IMG/VR virus record: IMGVR_UViG_3300032239_001017
Coordinates: 1 to 49,619 of that record
Source of the DNA: a virus
Taxonomy: Duplodnaviria > Caudoviricetes
DNA: 49,619 bases
Strand: one strand, 5' to 3'
Shown: one piece after another, positions 1-8,592 of the stretch
Layout: every line of letters starts with the position of its first letter
Position numbering within the stretch: position 1 is the stretch's first letter
Notes under the pieces: model-generated
Told to the model about the DNA's origin: nothing
Databases searched by the model: none
Seen by the model: only the letters and a program-made list of their open reading frames with translations
Program-made: the position numbers and the translations under genes

Positions 1-72
1 GAACTCACCGCCGAACTTGACGAGCACCGCTACACCGTCAAGGCAGAGCGCGAGCGCATCGCCGATATCTAA
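1..72 (+). CDS. 3' end of a truncated ORF (ELTAELDEHRYTVKAERERIADI*)
   Basis: Frame 1 is open to TAA at 70-72, uses GC3-rich codons and is followed by a terminator hairpin. Confidence 0.55.
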   Translation, partial: ELTAELDEHRYTVKAERERIADI

Positions 73-89
73 ATCGCAAGCACGCCAGC

Positions 90-137
90 ACGGCGCGCAC
101 ATTCTCCGCGTGAGAGTGTGCGCGCCGTTTGCGTTTA
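90..137 (+). terminator. Rho-independent terminator
   Basis: 17-bp stem acggcgcgcacattctc / gagagtgtgcgcgccgt (one G-U pair) followed by ttgcgttt, 17 nt after a stop codon. Confidence 0.75.
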
Positions 138-145
138 TGGGGTAA

Positions 146-412
146 GAGCCCCGCAAGTATGCCGAGAATACGCGAGCCCGAGCCCGAGCCCCGCCGATTA
201 GACGCGCGTAGAGCCCGTCTAAGCCCGAGTTAGTGAGAGCCCCGCACTATGAGAGCCCCGCGCAATTTGCGCGCGTTAGGCGAGCCCCTAGCGCGTGATG
301 AGCCCCGAGCCCGTGAGCGTGAGCCCCGCCAAGCGTGAGAGCCCGAGCCCCACCGAGCCCGAGCCGATGAGCCCGAGCCCGAGCCCGAGACGGTGCGCGA
401 GACGGTGAGCCC
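146..412 (+). repeat. GC-rich array of ~18 same-strand GAGCCC motifs
   Basis: GAGCCC at about 146, 174, 180, 186, 211, 237, 253, 282, 300, 307, 321, 339, 345, 355, 369, 375, 381 and 407. Confidence 0.85.
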
Positions 413-420
413 GTGCGAAG

Positions 421-440
421 TTATCCCCAAGATATCCACA
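421..440 (+). promoter_or_regulatory. Two tandem DnaA-box-like 9-mers
   Basis: TTATCCCCA (421-429) and ATATCCACA (432-440), each one mismatch from TTATCCACA. Confidence 0.4.
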
Positions 441-480
441 AGCACCGACCACGCAGAGTGTGATATATCACGGTCTGGGG

Positions 481-526
481 CAAACAAGTGTTCGTAATAC
501 CCCCCCCTACCCCGAACATATGTTCG
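481..526. promoter_or_regulatory. Two Gram-positive/actinobacterial LexA (SOS/Cheo) box-like sites
   Basis: Perfect palindrome CGAAC-ATAT-GTTCG at 513-526 and CAAAC-AAGT-GTTCG at 481-494; consensus is CGAAC-N4-GTTCG. Confidence 0.6.
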
Positions 527-610
527 CCGATACTCCCTATTCCAGCCAGCCCCCACCACATTTTTCACCTGTTTATGACTGTATAGGTGTCCTGCCCCAT
601 TCATGGACGA

Positions 611-889
611 CTACTCCATCACAGGTATCGGCACTGCACCACTAGCAATCTTATGGAAAGTCTTCTCGTCGATAATCTCGAATGACCATGCATCCTGTGT
701 GAACCCATTGTTTATTGCATGTGGCCTTCTGTCAATCAACGACATAAGCCTGCATCTAGTAAGTTTCCCATCGATTTTGGTATTCACATACCATGTTTTA
801 ACTGGGTCGCGTGTCTGCCAAATTATATAAATGCAGTCTTGTGTTTCGCCTGCTTTTGTAATTTGCCCAATTGTTCCTTTTTGTGACAT
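611..889 (-). CDS. Hypothetical protein
   Basis: 92-aa ORF in a run of co-oriented minus-strand genes. Confidence 0.55.
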   Translation of the reverse strand: MSQKGTIGQITKAGETQDCIYIIWQTRDPVKTWYVNTKIDGKLTRCRLMSLIDRRPHAINNGFTQDAWSFEIIDEKTFHKIASGAVPIPVME

Positions 890-902
890 TTAATTTACCA
901 TC

Positions 903-971
903 TTACTCTTGGTCCCGTAACCACAAAGCAGCCCACAGTGTAAATGCCGACAACAGCACCAGCAAGTCCAT
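903..971 (-). CDS. Putative 22-aa membrane peptide (MDLLVLLSAFTLWAALWLRDQE)
   Basis: Translated by hand; single hydrophobic helix; TGATG overlap with the upstream micro-ORF. Confidence 0.35.
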   Translation of the reverse strand: MDLLVLLSAFTLWAALWLRDQE

Positions 972-1045
972 CAGTCTTGGTCTGCTTCCACCATCACCAC
1001 GTAAATGGCTACAAGCAGAATCACTACAAGTACTTTGAGTATCAT
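971..1045 (-). CDS. Putative 24-aa membrane peptide (MILKVLVVILLVAIYVVMVEADQD)
   Basis: Translated by hand; starts 2 nt after the stop of ORF 1048..1548; hydrophobic helix. Confidence 0.35.
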   Translation of the reverse strand: MILKVLVVILLVAIYVVMVEADQD

Positions 1046-1047
1046 GA

Positions 1048-1548
1048 TTAGTCTTTCAGATATTTGGGTGATATGAGGCGTGTATCTTCGGGTGAATAGT
1101 CTGCTGGTGTTCCTAGTTCCCAGGCTTCATCATACTTAATCCAGCCAAGTATTTCACAACTCCGTAGTTCTGGCATGATTGGTCGAGCGACAAAGAGAAT
1201 CAGACCTTTTCCAAGGTCCTTGCGCCGCACCGCGGCGGTATCTCTCGTGCGTATTCTCTTGACTTCAATGTTAGTTCCAACATCTGGGCCTTTTTTGTAT
1301 TTGCCATGTTCTTTTGCACTCCATACATGACCCGACCAATATCTGTTCGTATGTTTTGCTACAGAGAGTTCTGCAACACAAGCAGCAACTTGAGCAGTAC
1401 GGTCATCTTCCATACGTGACTTGTCATAGTGAGAGGCATCGTGTTTGCCCCAATTCTCGATGTACCTACGAGTACCTACATGAGAAGCCCATTCGTATTC
1501 CCATGGTTCCAAAGTAATAAGTGTTAGTCCCATTTGTATACAGACCAT
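1048..1548 (-). CDS. Conserved phage hypothetical protein (possible PD-(D/E)xK-like fold)
   Basis: AELSVAK...PDVGTNIEVK motif; the true start may be slightly downstream. Confidence 0.6.
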   Translation of the reverse strand: MVCIQMGLTLITLEPWEYEWASHVGTRRYIENWGKHDASHYDKSRMEDDRTAQVAACVAELSVAKHTNRYWSGHVWSAKEHGKYKKGPDVGTNIEVKRIRTRDTAAVRRKDLGKGLILFVARPIMPELRSCEILGWIKYDEAWELGTPADYSPEDTRLISPKYLKD

Positions 1549-1694
1549 CTCATCTCATAAGCCCGCCTGCGAGCGTTTGCTTCTAATCTACGAGTGCGCT
1601 CTGGTTCTGGTAATTGCATATACGCCTCTACTCGTTTCCTATTCTTTCGTTCGCGCTCGTATTCCTTGCGTTTTTTAGGGTCTTTAAGTGGCAT
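1524..1694 (-). CDS. Small basic phage protein (MPLKDPKKRKEYER...)
   Basis: AGGAGG RBS upstream of the ATG at 1694; common phage MPxKDxxxRxEY N-terminus. Confidence 0.6.
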   Translation of the reverse strand: MPLKDPKKRKEYERERKNRKRVEAYMQLPEPERTRRLEANARRRAYEMRWSVYKWD

Positions 1695-1701
1695 GTTCCT
1701 C

Positions 1702-2178
1702 CTAATCTGTAAATGGTCGTTGTTTAGCACCAACAAGTGCTGCTTCTTCTGGTGTGCAAATCATTCGTTCACCTCTGAATCCAACTGGAGAGATTCTGCC
1801 CCTCTCCATTACCCACAGATGATATTGATTGGCTTCGTCAATGAGTTCTGATTCACGTGGATAGATTTCGATTGCTTCAAATTCTTCGCCTACTAGTTCA
1901 TTCTTAATTCTCTGTAGGGCGCGCCAGTCATGAATTGGTTTTTTGTCTCTACGTTTGATTGACAGATACATCCATGGACGACCGTCTGTATCTTTGATTT
2001 CCTTCACGTTTACTTGGTAAACATCATTGACAAAGCAGGTAGTTTCCTCTCGCCACTTGAGCATTTCTGCCCATTGCTCTTGTGAGATATGTTCTGGCTT
2101 TTCATTGGAGTAGTCACCAACATGCCACTCACCCCAGGTTCTTGGCTGAGTCCGCCCTGACTTCTTTTTCTTGCTCAT
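1702..2178 (-). CDS. Conserved phage protein (WxxLQxIKNE...YP...ANQYHLW family)
   Basis: Motif LSIKRRD..PIHDWRALQRIKNELVG...AIEIYP...DEANQYHLWV; GAAGGA RBS. Confidence 0.75.
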   Translation of the reverse strand: MSKKKKSGRTQPRTWGEWHVGDYSNEKPEHISQEQWAEMLKWREETTCFVNDVYQVNVKEIKDTDGRPWMYLSIKRRDKKPIHDWRALQRIKNELVGEEFEAIEIYPRESELIDEANQYHLWVMERGRISPVGFRGERMICTPEEAALVGAKQRPFTD

Positions 2179-2272
2179 TGTGATTCCTTCCTAATTGTGT
2201 TGCATTCAGTCTATCACACGTTTTATACTTTCGTTGTGATACAGTTTTACTAACCTTTAAGGAGGTGAATAT

Positions 2273-2476
2273 ATGGTGTTTAACAAAGGAATGTTTGTAG
2301 TACGTGAGAATGTGCAACAAACTGCTATTGGATGCTCCATCTGCTTCTCTGGCATTGCCAACGAGCACAATCACAAAGGCTCCCCATTCTGTGAGGAAGG
2401 AAGCATTGCTTCTGGAGGCAAGTGGGCTCACTGCCAGTGTGATACATGCAGAGACGTAGAAGGATTCTTCCGCTAA
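2273..2476 (+). CDS. Small Cys/His-rich putative zinc-binding protein
   Basis: AAGGAGGTGA RBS; CSIC...HNH...C...HCQCDTC. Confidence 0.65.
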   Translation: MVFNKGMFVVRENVQQTAIGCSICFSGIANEHNHKGSPFCEEGSIASGGKWAHCQCDTCRDVEGFFR

Positions 2477-2593
2477 TACATTCACAGTAAAATTAAATGA
2501 ATGTGGCAATGAGTTAATACATCTATCTATAAAAACATGTAGGGTCGAAAACGGCTAGGGGTGAAAATGGAAAATGGGTGGTGGGGGTAAAAC

Positions 2594-2827
2594 ATGAAAT
2601 GGGACCGAATAGGAAATATAGACGGTGTTATGAATTTAGAAAAAACTTTTTTGGGGTCGCAGGAGTATTCAGCGGTAGTAAATAAGTTGATTCGTGAACA
2701 AGAAATTGGATGGGACGGAGTCAGCAAACCCAATGATGATAAAGGTGCAATCGTTAAACAAATTGTTGAGTTAGTATCCAAGGTTGTTGAGGAACAAGAT
2801 TTAACAGCAGAGGATTTTGATGGCTGA
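2594..2827 (+). CDS. Hypothetical protein
   Basis: 77-aa ORF overlapping the next gene start. Confidence 0.5.
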   Translation: MKWDRIGNIDGVMNLEKTFLGSQEYSAVVNKLIREQEIGWDGVSKPNDDKGAIVKQIVELVSKVVEEQDLTAEDFDG

Positions 2828-3140
2828 ACGAGTAAGCAGATTGCCTAAGTCCACTAGGGCAAGAATGCTCGAAGTTGATGTGGCGAACAGATTTAAACGA
2901 CGGAAAATTGCAATTGAGACTCTACGAAAGCAGTCTGAGATTGCGACAGAACGACTGACATACGACATTTTTAACGTATGGAGGACTGGTCAGGGAACGA
3001 TGCAAGCAATTGCAGAAGCCTGTGGATATTCAGTGAATTGGGTGTCCAGTCTTATCCATCGGATTAAGAATGACGAAGAACTATTAGAAAGAGCGATTAA
3101 TCAATGGATGGACGAAAATCCTGGAGCAGAACTCAAATGA
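2817..3140 (+). CDS. Putative HTH DNA-binding protein
   Basis: TMQAIAEACGYSVNWVSSLI helix-turn-helix pattern. Confidence 0.65.
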   Translation: MMAERVSRLPKSTRARMLEVDVANRFKRRKIAIETLRKQSEIATERLTYDIFNVWRTGQGTMQAIAEACGYSVNWVSSLIHRIKNDEELLERAINQWMDENPGAELK

Positions 3141-3379
3141 GCGAAGAACGACCACTCATTGAACGGTTGACATTTCCACGTCGCGTCACAGAAGAAAAGT
3201 ATCCATGGGAACAATGGCTAGATGGTCATGTCTGGAAACTCAGTCAAGGTGAAGACTTTGATGTCGATTTGGAGTCGTTCCGTTCGGCTATCTACATGGC
3301 GGCATCTCGTAAAGGAATTCGAGTTAAGACACATATCCCAAAACAGCGTGATTGCATTTATGTGCAGGTGAAGAGTTAA
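3137..3379 (+). CDS. Small putative DNA-binding protein (KYPWxxW family)
   Basis: KYPWEQWLDG...GEDF...FRSAIYMAA; ATGA overlap with the previous gene. Confidence 0.65.
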   Translation: MSEERPLIERLTFPRRVTEEKYPWEQWLDGHVWKLSQGEDFDVDLESFRSAIYMAASRKGIRVKTHIPKQRDCIYVQVKS

Positions 3380-3999
3380 TGGCTACAAGGAAGATTCCAG
3401 TAGGGAACAAAGGAGTTCGCAAAGTGGGTGACGACCTAGTTACTGCATGCGAATCTATTGGTCCTGCAATCATTGATTTGGTTTCTGCTGGATTGACTCC
3501 TTCACGCGCCGCAGAATGTTGCGGTCTGCACAAATCCACTGTTTCTAAATGGATTACTCGCGGACTAGCAGAACAAGTCAATATCGACAAAGGTTTAGAG
3601 CCAGATAGAAAAGAAAAACCATATTTTGATTTTGTGAATGGGTTGATAAAAGCAGAATCAACAGCACAGGCTGCACTTGTCATGTCGTGGATGAAAGAAG
3701 CACGTCAAGGAGACTGGAAAGCAGCAGAACGATTCCTTGCTCGCCGTTGGCCGCAAGAGTGGGGCGACAACAACACCGTTCGTTTAGAGGTAACTAACGG
3801 AATGGGCATGGGCGCTCAAGAGCCACAAAAGATTGAACTCACCAAGCAGGAAGATGAAGATAGAAAGAGAGCGATTCTTTCTGCACTTGTTGAGGCTGGC
3901 GATTTGCCATCCAATGTTCTCAATGCTTGGGATGGAAACAAAGATGATGACATTATTGACGCTGAGGTAATTGATGTTGAGGTAGTTGATGAGCAGTAA
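3379..3999 (+). CDS. terS: Terminase small subunit (HTH)
   Basis: HTH (RAAECCGLHKSTVSKWI), DWKAAERFLARRWPQEWG motif, directly upstream of TerL. Confidence 0.8.
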   Translation: MATRKIPVGNKGVRKVGDDLVTACESIGPAIIDLVSAGLTPSRAAECCGLHKSTVSKWITRGLAEQVNIDKGLEPDRKEKPYFDFVNGLIKAESTAQAALVMSWMKEARQGDWKAAERFLARRWPQEWGDNNTVRLEVTNGMGMGAQEPQKIELTKQEDEDRKRAILSALVEAGDLPSNVLNAWDGNKDDDIIDAEVIDVEVVDEQ

Positions 4000-5314
4000 A
4001 GATGCCCTCTCTGGGCTTCTTGAATGGAAACAACCTTGCGGTTACAAATTCCCTCACGAAATGCACCCAAAGCAGCAAGCGTTTCTTACTTGGACAACAA
4101 CACGCGAGGCTCTCTATGGAGGAGCGGCTGGTGGAGGTAAGTCAGACACGCTTCTAATGTCTGCGCTTCAATACATTTGTGTTCCTGGATATTCAGCGCT
4201 TCTTTTGCGCCAAACATACCCACAACTTTCTGGTCCAGACGGATTTATTGACCGTACGAATGCATGGCTTGCTGGAACTGGCGCCGTATATTTATCTACG
4301 AATAAACGATGGACATTCCCATCTGGCGCAACTCTTTCATTCGACCACTGTGAAAGAGCAGAAGATAGATATAAGTTTCAGTCGTTTGCTTATCACTTTG
4401 TTGGCGTAGATGAGTTAACGCAGTGGAAGTCCGACAGCGTGTATCGCTATGTTGGATTCTCTCGTGTTCGTAAGCCATCAGAGTCAGACGCTCTTCCACG
4501 TTGTCCAACGTGTGGTCTGAGTGCTGCAGATATTCCACTTCGCACAAGAGCAGCCACAAACCCTGGAGGCCCTGGTAATAACTGGGTGTATGAACGATTC
4601 ATTCTCAATAAGGGTTCAGAAAGAAAGTTCATGCCAGCAAAAATTTCGGACAACCCATCTCTTGACGCTGAGGCATACATCAAAGGTCTTAATGAACTTG
4701 ATGGAATTGAACGCGCAAGACTTCTAGATGGAAACTGGGAGATTCGCGAAGAAGGTGGAATGTTCCAGCGCGACTGGTTCAACGTAACTGGAAATCTTCC
4801 AGAAGGAATGAAGCAGGTTCGTTATTGGGACTTGGCGGCAACTGCTAAAACTCGCTCTAATGACCCTGACTTTACTGTTGGAGCATTAGTAGGAGAAAAA
4901 GACGGGAGATATTTCATTCTTGATATTCGTCGTGTTCGTGGAACACCTTATGAAGTTGAGCAACTGATTCGTCAAACCGCAGAGTTGGATGGAATTAGTA
5001 CAGCAATCATTATGGAACAAGAACCTGGAGCGTCTGGAGTGAACGTAGTTGACCACTATTCACGAACCGTTTTAAACGGGTATAACTTCCGCGCACTGAA
5101 GTCAAAGGTAGCCAAGAAAGACAGGGCATTAGTGTTCTCCGCTGCTGCTGAAGGCGGGAATGTTTTCTTGACACGCTCATCATGGAACTCGGCGCTTTTG
5201 GATGAATGCGAAGTGTTCCCTTATGGCGCACACGACGACCAAGTTGACGCTGTTGCTGGTGCTATTCAGGCGCTTGCAGGAAAACCCAAGTCAAAAGTTC
5301 GCATCATTTTGTGA
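3989..5314 (+). CDS. terL: Terminase large subunit
   Basis: Walker A GGAAGGGKS, Walker B VGVDEL, ATNPGG coupling motif, nuclease motifs YWDLA and HDDQVDA. Confidence 0.95.
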   Translation: MSSKDALSGLLEWKQPCGYKFPHEMHPKQQAFLTWTTTREALYGGAAGGGKSDTLLMSALQYICVPGYSALLLRQTYPQLSGPDGFIDRTNAWLAGTGAVYLSTNKRWTFPSGATLSFDHCERAEDRYKFQSFAYHFVGVDELTQWKSDSVYRYVGFSRVRKPSESDALPRCPTCGLSAADIPLRTRAATNPGGPGNNWVYERFILNKGSERKFMPAKISDNPSLDAEAYIKGLNELDGIERARLLDGNWEIREEGGMFQRDWFNVTGNLPEGMKQVRYWDLAATAKTRSNDPDFTVGALVGEKDGRYFILDIRRVRGTPYEVEQLIRQTAELDGISTAIIMEQEPGASGVNVVDHYSRTVLNGYNFRALKSKVAKKDRALVFSAAAEGGNVFLTRSSWNSALLDECEVFPYGAHDDQVDAVAGAIQALAGKPKSKVRIIL

Positions 5315-5769
5315 AAGGTTATTGCGAAGGCAAGCAAGAATCTTGTGGTGTAAGTGGCTGTCCAATGTTTGGAACGCTAAAAGAATCGACCGATGGGAAG
5401 TTGAGAATCAAGCAATGTGGCGACAAATCCGCTCCAGCATTGCGAAAAACCAAGATAAAACAAAATAAAAAAAAGATTTCTCAGATGTCTAAAAAGACAA
5501 AAAGCCAATTAAATCAACGTAATGAGGTGCGTCGTATAGTAATTCAACGCGACATGGGGTTGTGTCAGGCGAAATTTTTGGTAACATATTTGTCATGTTC
5601 AGGTCCACTAGATGTGGACGAAGTTATACCGAGAGGTCGCGGAGGCGACCATTTAGACCCGAATAACTGCCAAGTGTTGTGCCGTATGCACCACCGCTGG
5701 AAACATGACAACCCCGCCGAAGCGGAGAGACTTGGTCTTACTAAGTCTTTACCACCGATGGAGGGCTGA
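5311..5769 (+). CDS. HNH-type endonuclease
   Basis: RDMGLCQ...C...VDEVIPRGRGG...NCQVLCRMHH; adjacent to terminase. Confidence 0.8.
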   Translation: MKGYCEGKQESCGVSGCPMFGTLKESTDGKLRIKQCGDKSAPALRKTKIKQNKKKISQMSKKTKSQLNQRNEVRRIVIQRDMGLCQAKFLVTYLSCSGPLDVDEVIPRGRGGDHLDPNNCQVLCRMHHRWKHDNPAEAERLGLTKSLPPMEG

Positions 5770-5783
5770 CCAAGGAGAAACTA

Positions 5784-6500
5784 TTGATTACCAGACCTGT
5801 AATTGCCACATTCACAATTTGGTTGACCGCCTTTACAAGTTGGGCAGGCAACTCAGTTAGCAACCACTTCACCTCAAATGACAAGCCAGCAGTAGTAGTA
5901 GAGACCTCAATACAATCCGCAGAATCAGTTTCTGCTCAATCAGTAACCGTCTTGCAAGTCTCCTATAAGTTCAACGAAAAAAGTCCAAGAGTTAAGGAAC
6001 TTCAAAAGTTTCTAGGAACTGTAAGGGTCGACGGTCAGTACGGCACGATTACCCGTCGCGAGCATATCCAGGCTCTTAAGGCTGCTGGACTTCCGATAGA
6101 CAATGTTCCAACAGCAACTGCTGTTTACAATATTTCCTATAACCCCGCAGAGCGATGCCCACAATTCGAAGATGAATTCATAGCAGCAGGGCTTGAGCCA
6201 GTCGATGTGTTCTCTTACATTGCCTACCGCGAGAGTCACTGCAACCCAGAGTCGCAGAATGCAACATGGAAGAATGGCAAGATGACGTATCACCTCAACA
6301 AAGACGGTTCATACGATACTGGTCTTTTCCAAATCAATAGCAGTTGGCAGACCGTGACCGAAAATGTTTGTGGTAGGGCTGCCAGCGATAACCATATGCA
6401 AGGATTAAAAAATGCCGATTGCAACATCGCAGTTGCTAAGTACATCATGGACAACAGTAAGGGCAAACTGGCCAACTGGCGCGTCTACAAGGTTTCGTGA
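5784..6500 (+). CDS. Lytic transglycosylase (SLT/lysozyme-like) with N-terminal signal and PG-binding-like segment
   Basis: VKELQKFL...VDGQYGTIT (PG-binding); catalytic RES and DTGLFQIN motifs; AAGGAG RBS. Confidence 0.8.
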   Translation: MITRPVIATFTIWLTAFTSWAGNSVSNHFTSNDKPAVVVETSIQSAESVSAQSVTVLQVSYKFNEKSPRVKELQKFLGTVRVDGQYGTITRREHIQALKAAGLPIDNVPTATAVYNISYNPAERCPQFEDEFIAAGLEPVDVFSYIAYRESHCNPESQNATWKNGKMTYHLNKDGSYDTGLFQINSSWQTVTENVCGRAASDNHMQGLKNADCNIAVAKYIMDNSKGKLANWRVYKVS

Positions 6501-6512
6501 TTTAATTAGTTA

Positions 6513-7073
6513 ATGGTTGAGCACCTACCACTTTTATCAATTCACGCTTATGTTGGGTATGTAAACGACATTGACTTTGATTTGGTATCTGAGCAAGTGC
6601 TTGAACAGCAACTCGTCTTTGATAAAGGTTATGGATTTAGGGTTTATCCAAACTCTGAGGAGTGCAGAAAATTGCGCAATGCAATTGAGCAGATGGGTAA
6701 TGCTGTTCTTCCGCTTCCAGTTGAATTAGTTGATATTTGGGCGGTATCTACAGATAAAGGAGAATCGGTCTCCTATCACTCCCATGCCTCAAATGCTCAC
6801 ATGCAGCCAGAAGAGTACTGGAGTGGGGTTGTTTACACATCAGCAGACGGTGGTTCAGCCGAATTAGTACTACATTCATTTGGGTTTAATCGCATTGAAT
6901 CAATGCACAAGATTAAGCCAGAGGTTGGAAAAATTGTTTTCTTTAACTCGTTTGTTCCTCATTTGACAACAAAGCAGGAATCTGACAAAACTAGGGTCGC
7001 CGTAAGTTTCAACTTCAAGCCAGTGAATCCGAATAAAACTGAAATACCAAATATGAAAATTTATAAAGGTTGA
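6513..7073 (+). CDS. 2OG-Fe(II) oxygenase-like protein (HxH variant)
   Basis: HSH...WSGVVY...PEVGKIVFFNSFVPH...RVAVSFN. Confidence 0.8.
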   Translation: MVEHLPLLSIHAYVGYVNDIDFDLVSEQVLEQQLVFDKGYGFRVYPNSEECRKLRNAIEQMGNAVLPLPVELVDIWAVSTDKGESVSYHSHASNAHMQPEEYWSGVVYTSADGGSAELVLHSFGFNRIESMHKIKPEVGKIVFFNSFVPHLTTKQESDKTRVAVSFNFKPVNPNKTEIPNMKIYKG

Positions 7074-7125
7074 GGTTGTTGTTTTTAAATCTCCACATAC
7101 AATTCATCGCGAAAGAAGGTAATGA

Positions 7126-7545
7126 ATGACAATGCAAAGAACAAAAATGCCAACAGGTAAAAAATTAGAAGCAATGCAAAAACGCCACGCCGAGCAAGGT
7201 AAAAGAAAGATTGCATATCACAGCGTAAGCCACTGCCTGCTCCTCTACGCCAAATTTAAAAAGAAAGCCTTTGCGTGGGACGACTGGAACAATTTTCATG
7301 CTGACAACTACAAAATGCGTAGGCACTCTGGAGAATCTTTTCTTCAACTTTTAATTTGCGGGTACGTATATCACCGAGTAATCAATAATGTCGACTACTT
7401 CCAAATAACTCCACTCGGGGAGCAGAAGTTAATCCATATTGCTGAAGCCAGGCAAAAGCGCGACTTTGATAAAATTTCTAAGGCAAACAAACTTGCTTAT
7501 CAAAAAGGTATTGGACAAGTGAAGGTTGCAAAAATTAGCAAATGA
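7126..7545 (+). CDS. Hypothetical protein (possible winged helix)
   Basis: 139-aa ORF; YFQITPLGE wing-like motif. Confidence 0.55.
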   Translation: MTMQRTKMPTGKKLEAMQKRHAEQGKRKIAYHSVSHCLLLYAKFKKKAFAWDDWNNFHADNYKMRRHSGESFLQLLICGYVYHRVINNVDYFQITPLGEQKLIHIAEARQKRDFDKISKANKLAYQKGIGQVKVAKISK

Positions 7546-8042
7546 GTAGTTTCAAAAACTATAAGAGTTCCTACAACCCAAAGCACGATATTCCAGCAGG
7601 TTCAAGGGAGTTTAACTTTTCAGAGGACCTTCAGTACGGTTTGATTGGAGAGGCATTTGTAGGGGCGATGCTTGACTCCCTGGGCTCTGGCTCTTTTGAG
7701 ATAAAGACTGACCGATATAGAAATGGAAATATGGTTGTTGAAACCGACCAGAACCCATCGAATAAAGGTTGGAAGAAAAGCGGTATTAATGTCACCGAAG
7801 CAAAATGGTGGGTATATGTATATGCGCTTGATGGTGGAATTGTCATAGTCGATATTGCTCGCCTCAAGCGCTATTTACGGGCAAACTCAAGTTTGTTCAA
7901 CGAGGAAACAAAAAGGGACTTTGCGCCCAACAGTGAAAATCCAGCAAGGGGTTTTATATTGAAACCAAGACATGTGATGGATATGTTGATAAATCCCCAA
8001 TATGATGCTAATGTACAAATACCAACAGGAGATAAAAAATGA
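7542..8042 (+). CDS. PD-(D/E)xK-like phage protein
   Basis: GE...FEIKTD...GNMVVE...SGINVTEAKWW motif. Confidence 0.65.
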   Translation: MSSFKNYKSSYNPKHDIPAGSREFNFSEDLQYGLIGEAFVGAMLDSLGSGSFEIKTDRYRNGNMVVETDQNPSNKGWKKSGINVTEAKWWVYVYALDGGIVIVDIARLKRYLRANSSLFNEETKRDFAPNSENPARGFILKPRHVMDMLINPQYDANVQIPTGDKK

Positions 8043-8374
8043 AGAACGTATCAGGCTTTGATTTCAATAACGAAAATCAATTCAATATTTCACCATCACA
8101 ATTGGGTGGTCGTGATGCATCGGTAAAGATTCAAACATCTTTCCGTCCAAAGATGGATAACTCGGTTTCTATTGCTCGTGAAATTTCGCGCGTGGGAGGA
8201 TTGCTTGAAAATCGAATGATAAAGATTGCTGACCACGTTGCTGCTGCAGAAGTCGACAAAGAAACAAATACTGTTTTAATGGACGAAGCGTATGTAACAA
8301 AGTTGAAGAAACTAGTTGCTAATGCACAAAAAGATTTTGCTGACTTACTCAAAGCAGCAAAGGCAATGGGGTAG
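8039..8374 (+). CDS. Hypothetical protein
   Basis: AGGAG RBS, ATGA overlap. Confidence 0.6.
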   Translation: MKNVSGFDFNNENQFNISPSQLGGRDASVKIQTSFRPKMDNSVSIAREISRVGGLLENRMIKIADHVAAAEVDKETNTVLMDEAYVTKLKKLVANAQKDFADLLKAAKAMG

Positions 8375-8592
8375 TGGCAACCAAAAAGAAAAAGGTCAAC
8401 GACGATAGAACTGAAATAACTTTTGTCGGCGGTTCATATGATGGAAAAACAGTTGAATTTGTTTATCCATGCCAAGAGTACTTGGTGATGAATAGAGGAC
8501 TAGACCTTTACATTAAACAAACAAGAGACAGGTATATTTACTCAACCGACTGGAGTCTGGTTGAAAAATTCAGGAAAAAGGAAATATATTGA
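8374..8592 (+). CDS. Hypothetical protein (FVGGxYDG motif)
   Basis: Coupled ORF carrying the common phage FxGGxxDG motif. Confidence 0.6.
   Translation: MATKKKKVNDDRTEITFVGGSYDGKTVEFVYPCQEYLVMNRGLDLYIKQTRDRYIYSTDWSLVEKFRKKEIY

Noticed and set aside
230-604. 124-aa Ser/Gly/Arg-rich minus-strand ORF
   Set aside because: Its low complexity simply mirrors the GAGCCC repeats, it overlaps the regulatory-like motifs and it has no clear RBS. Probably spurious, though not excluded.
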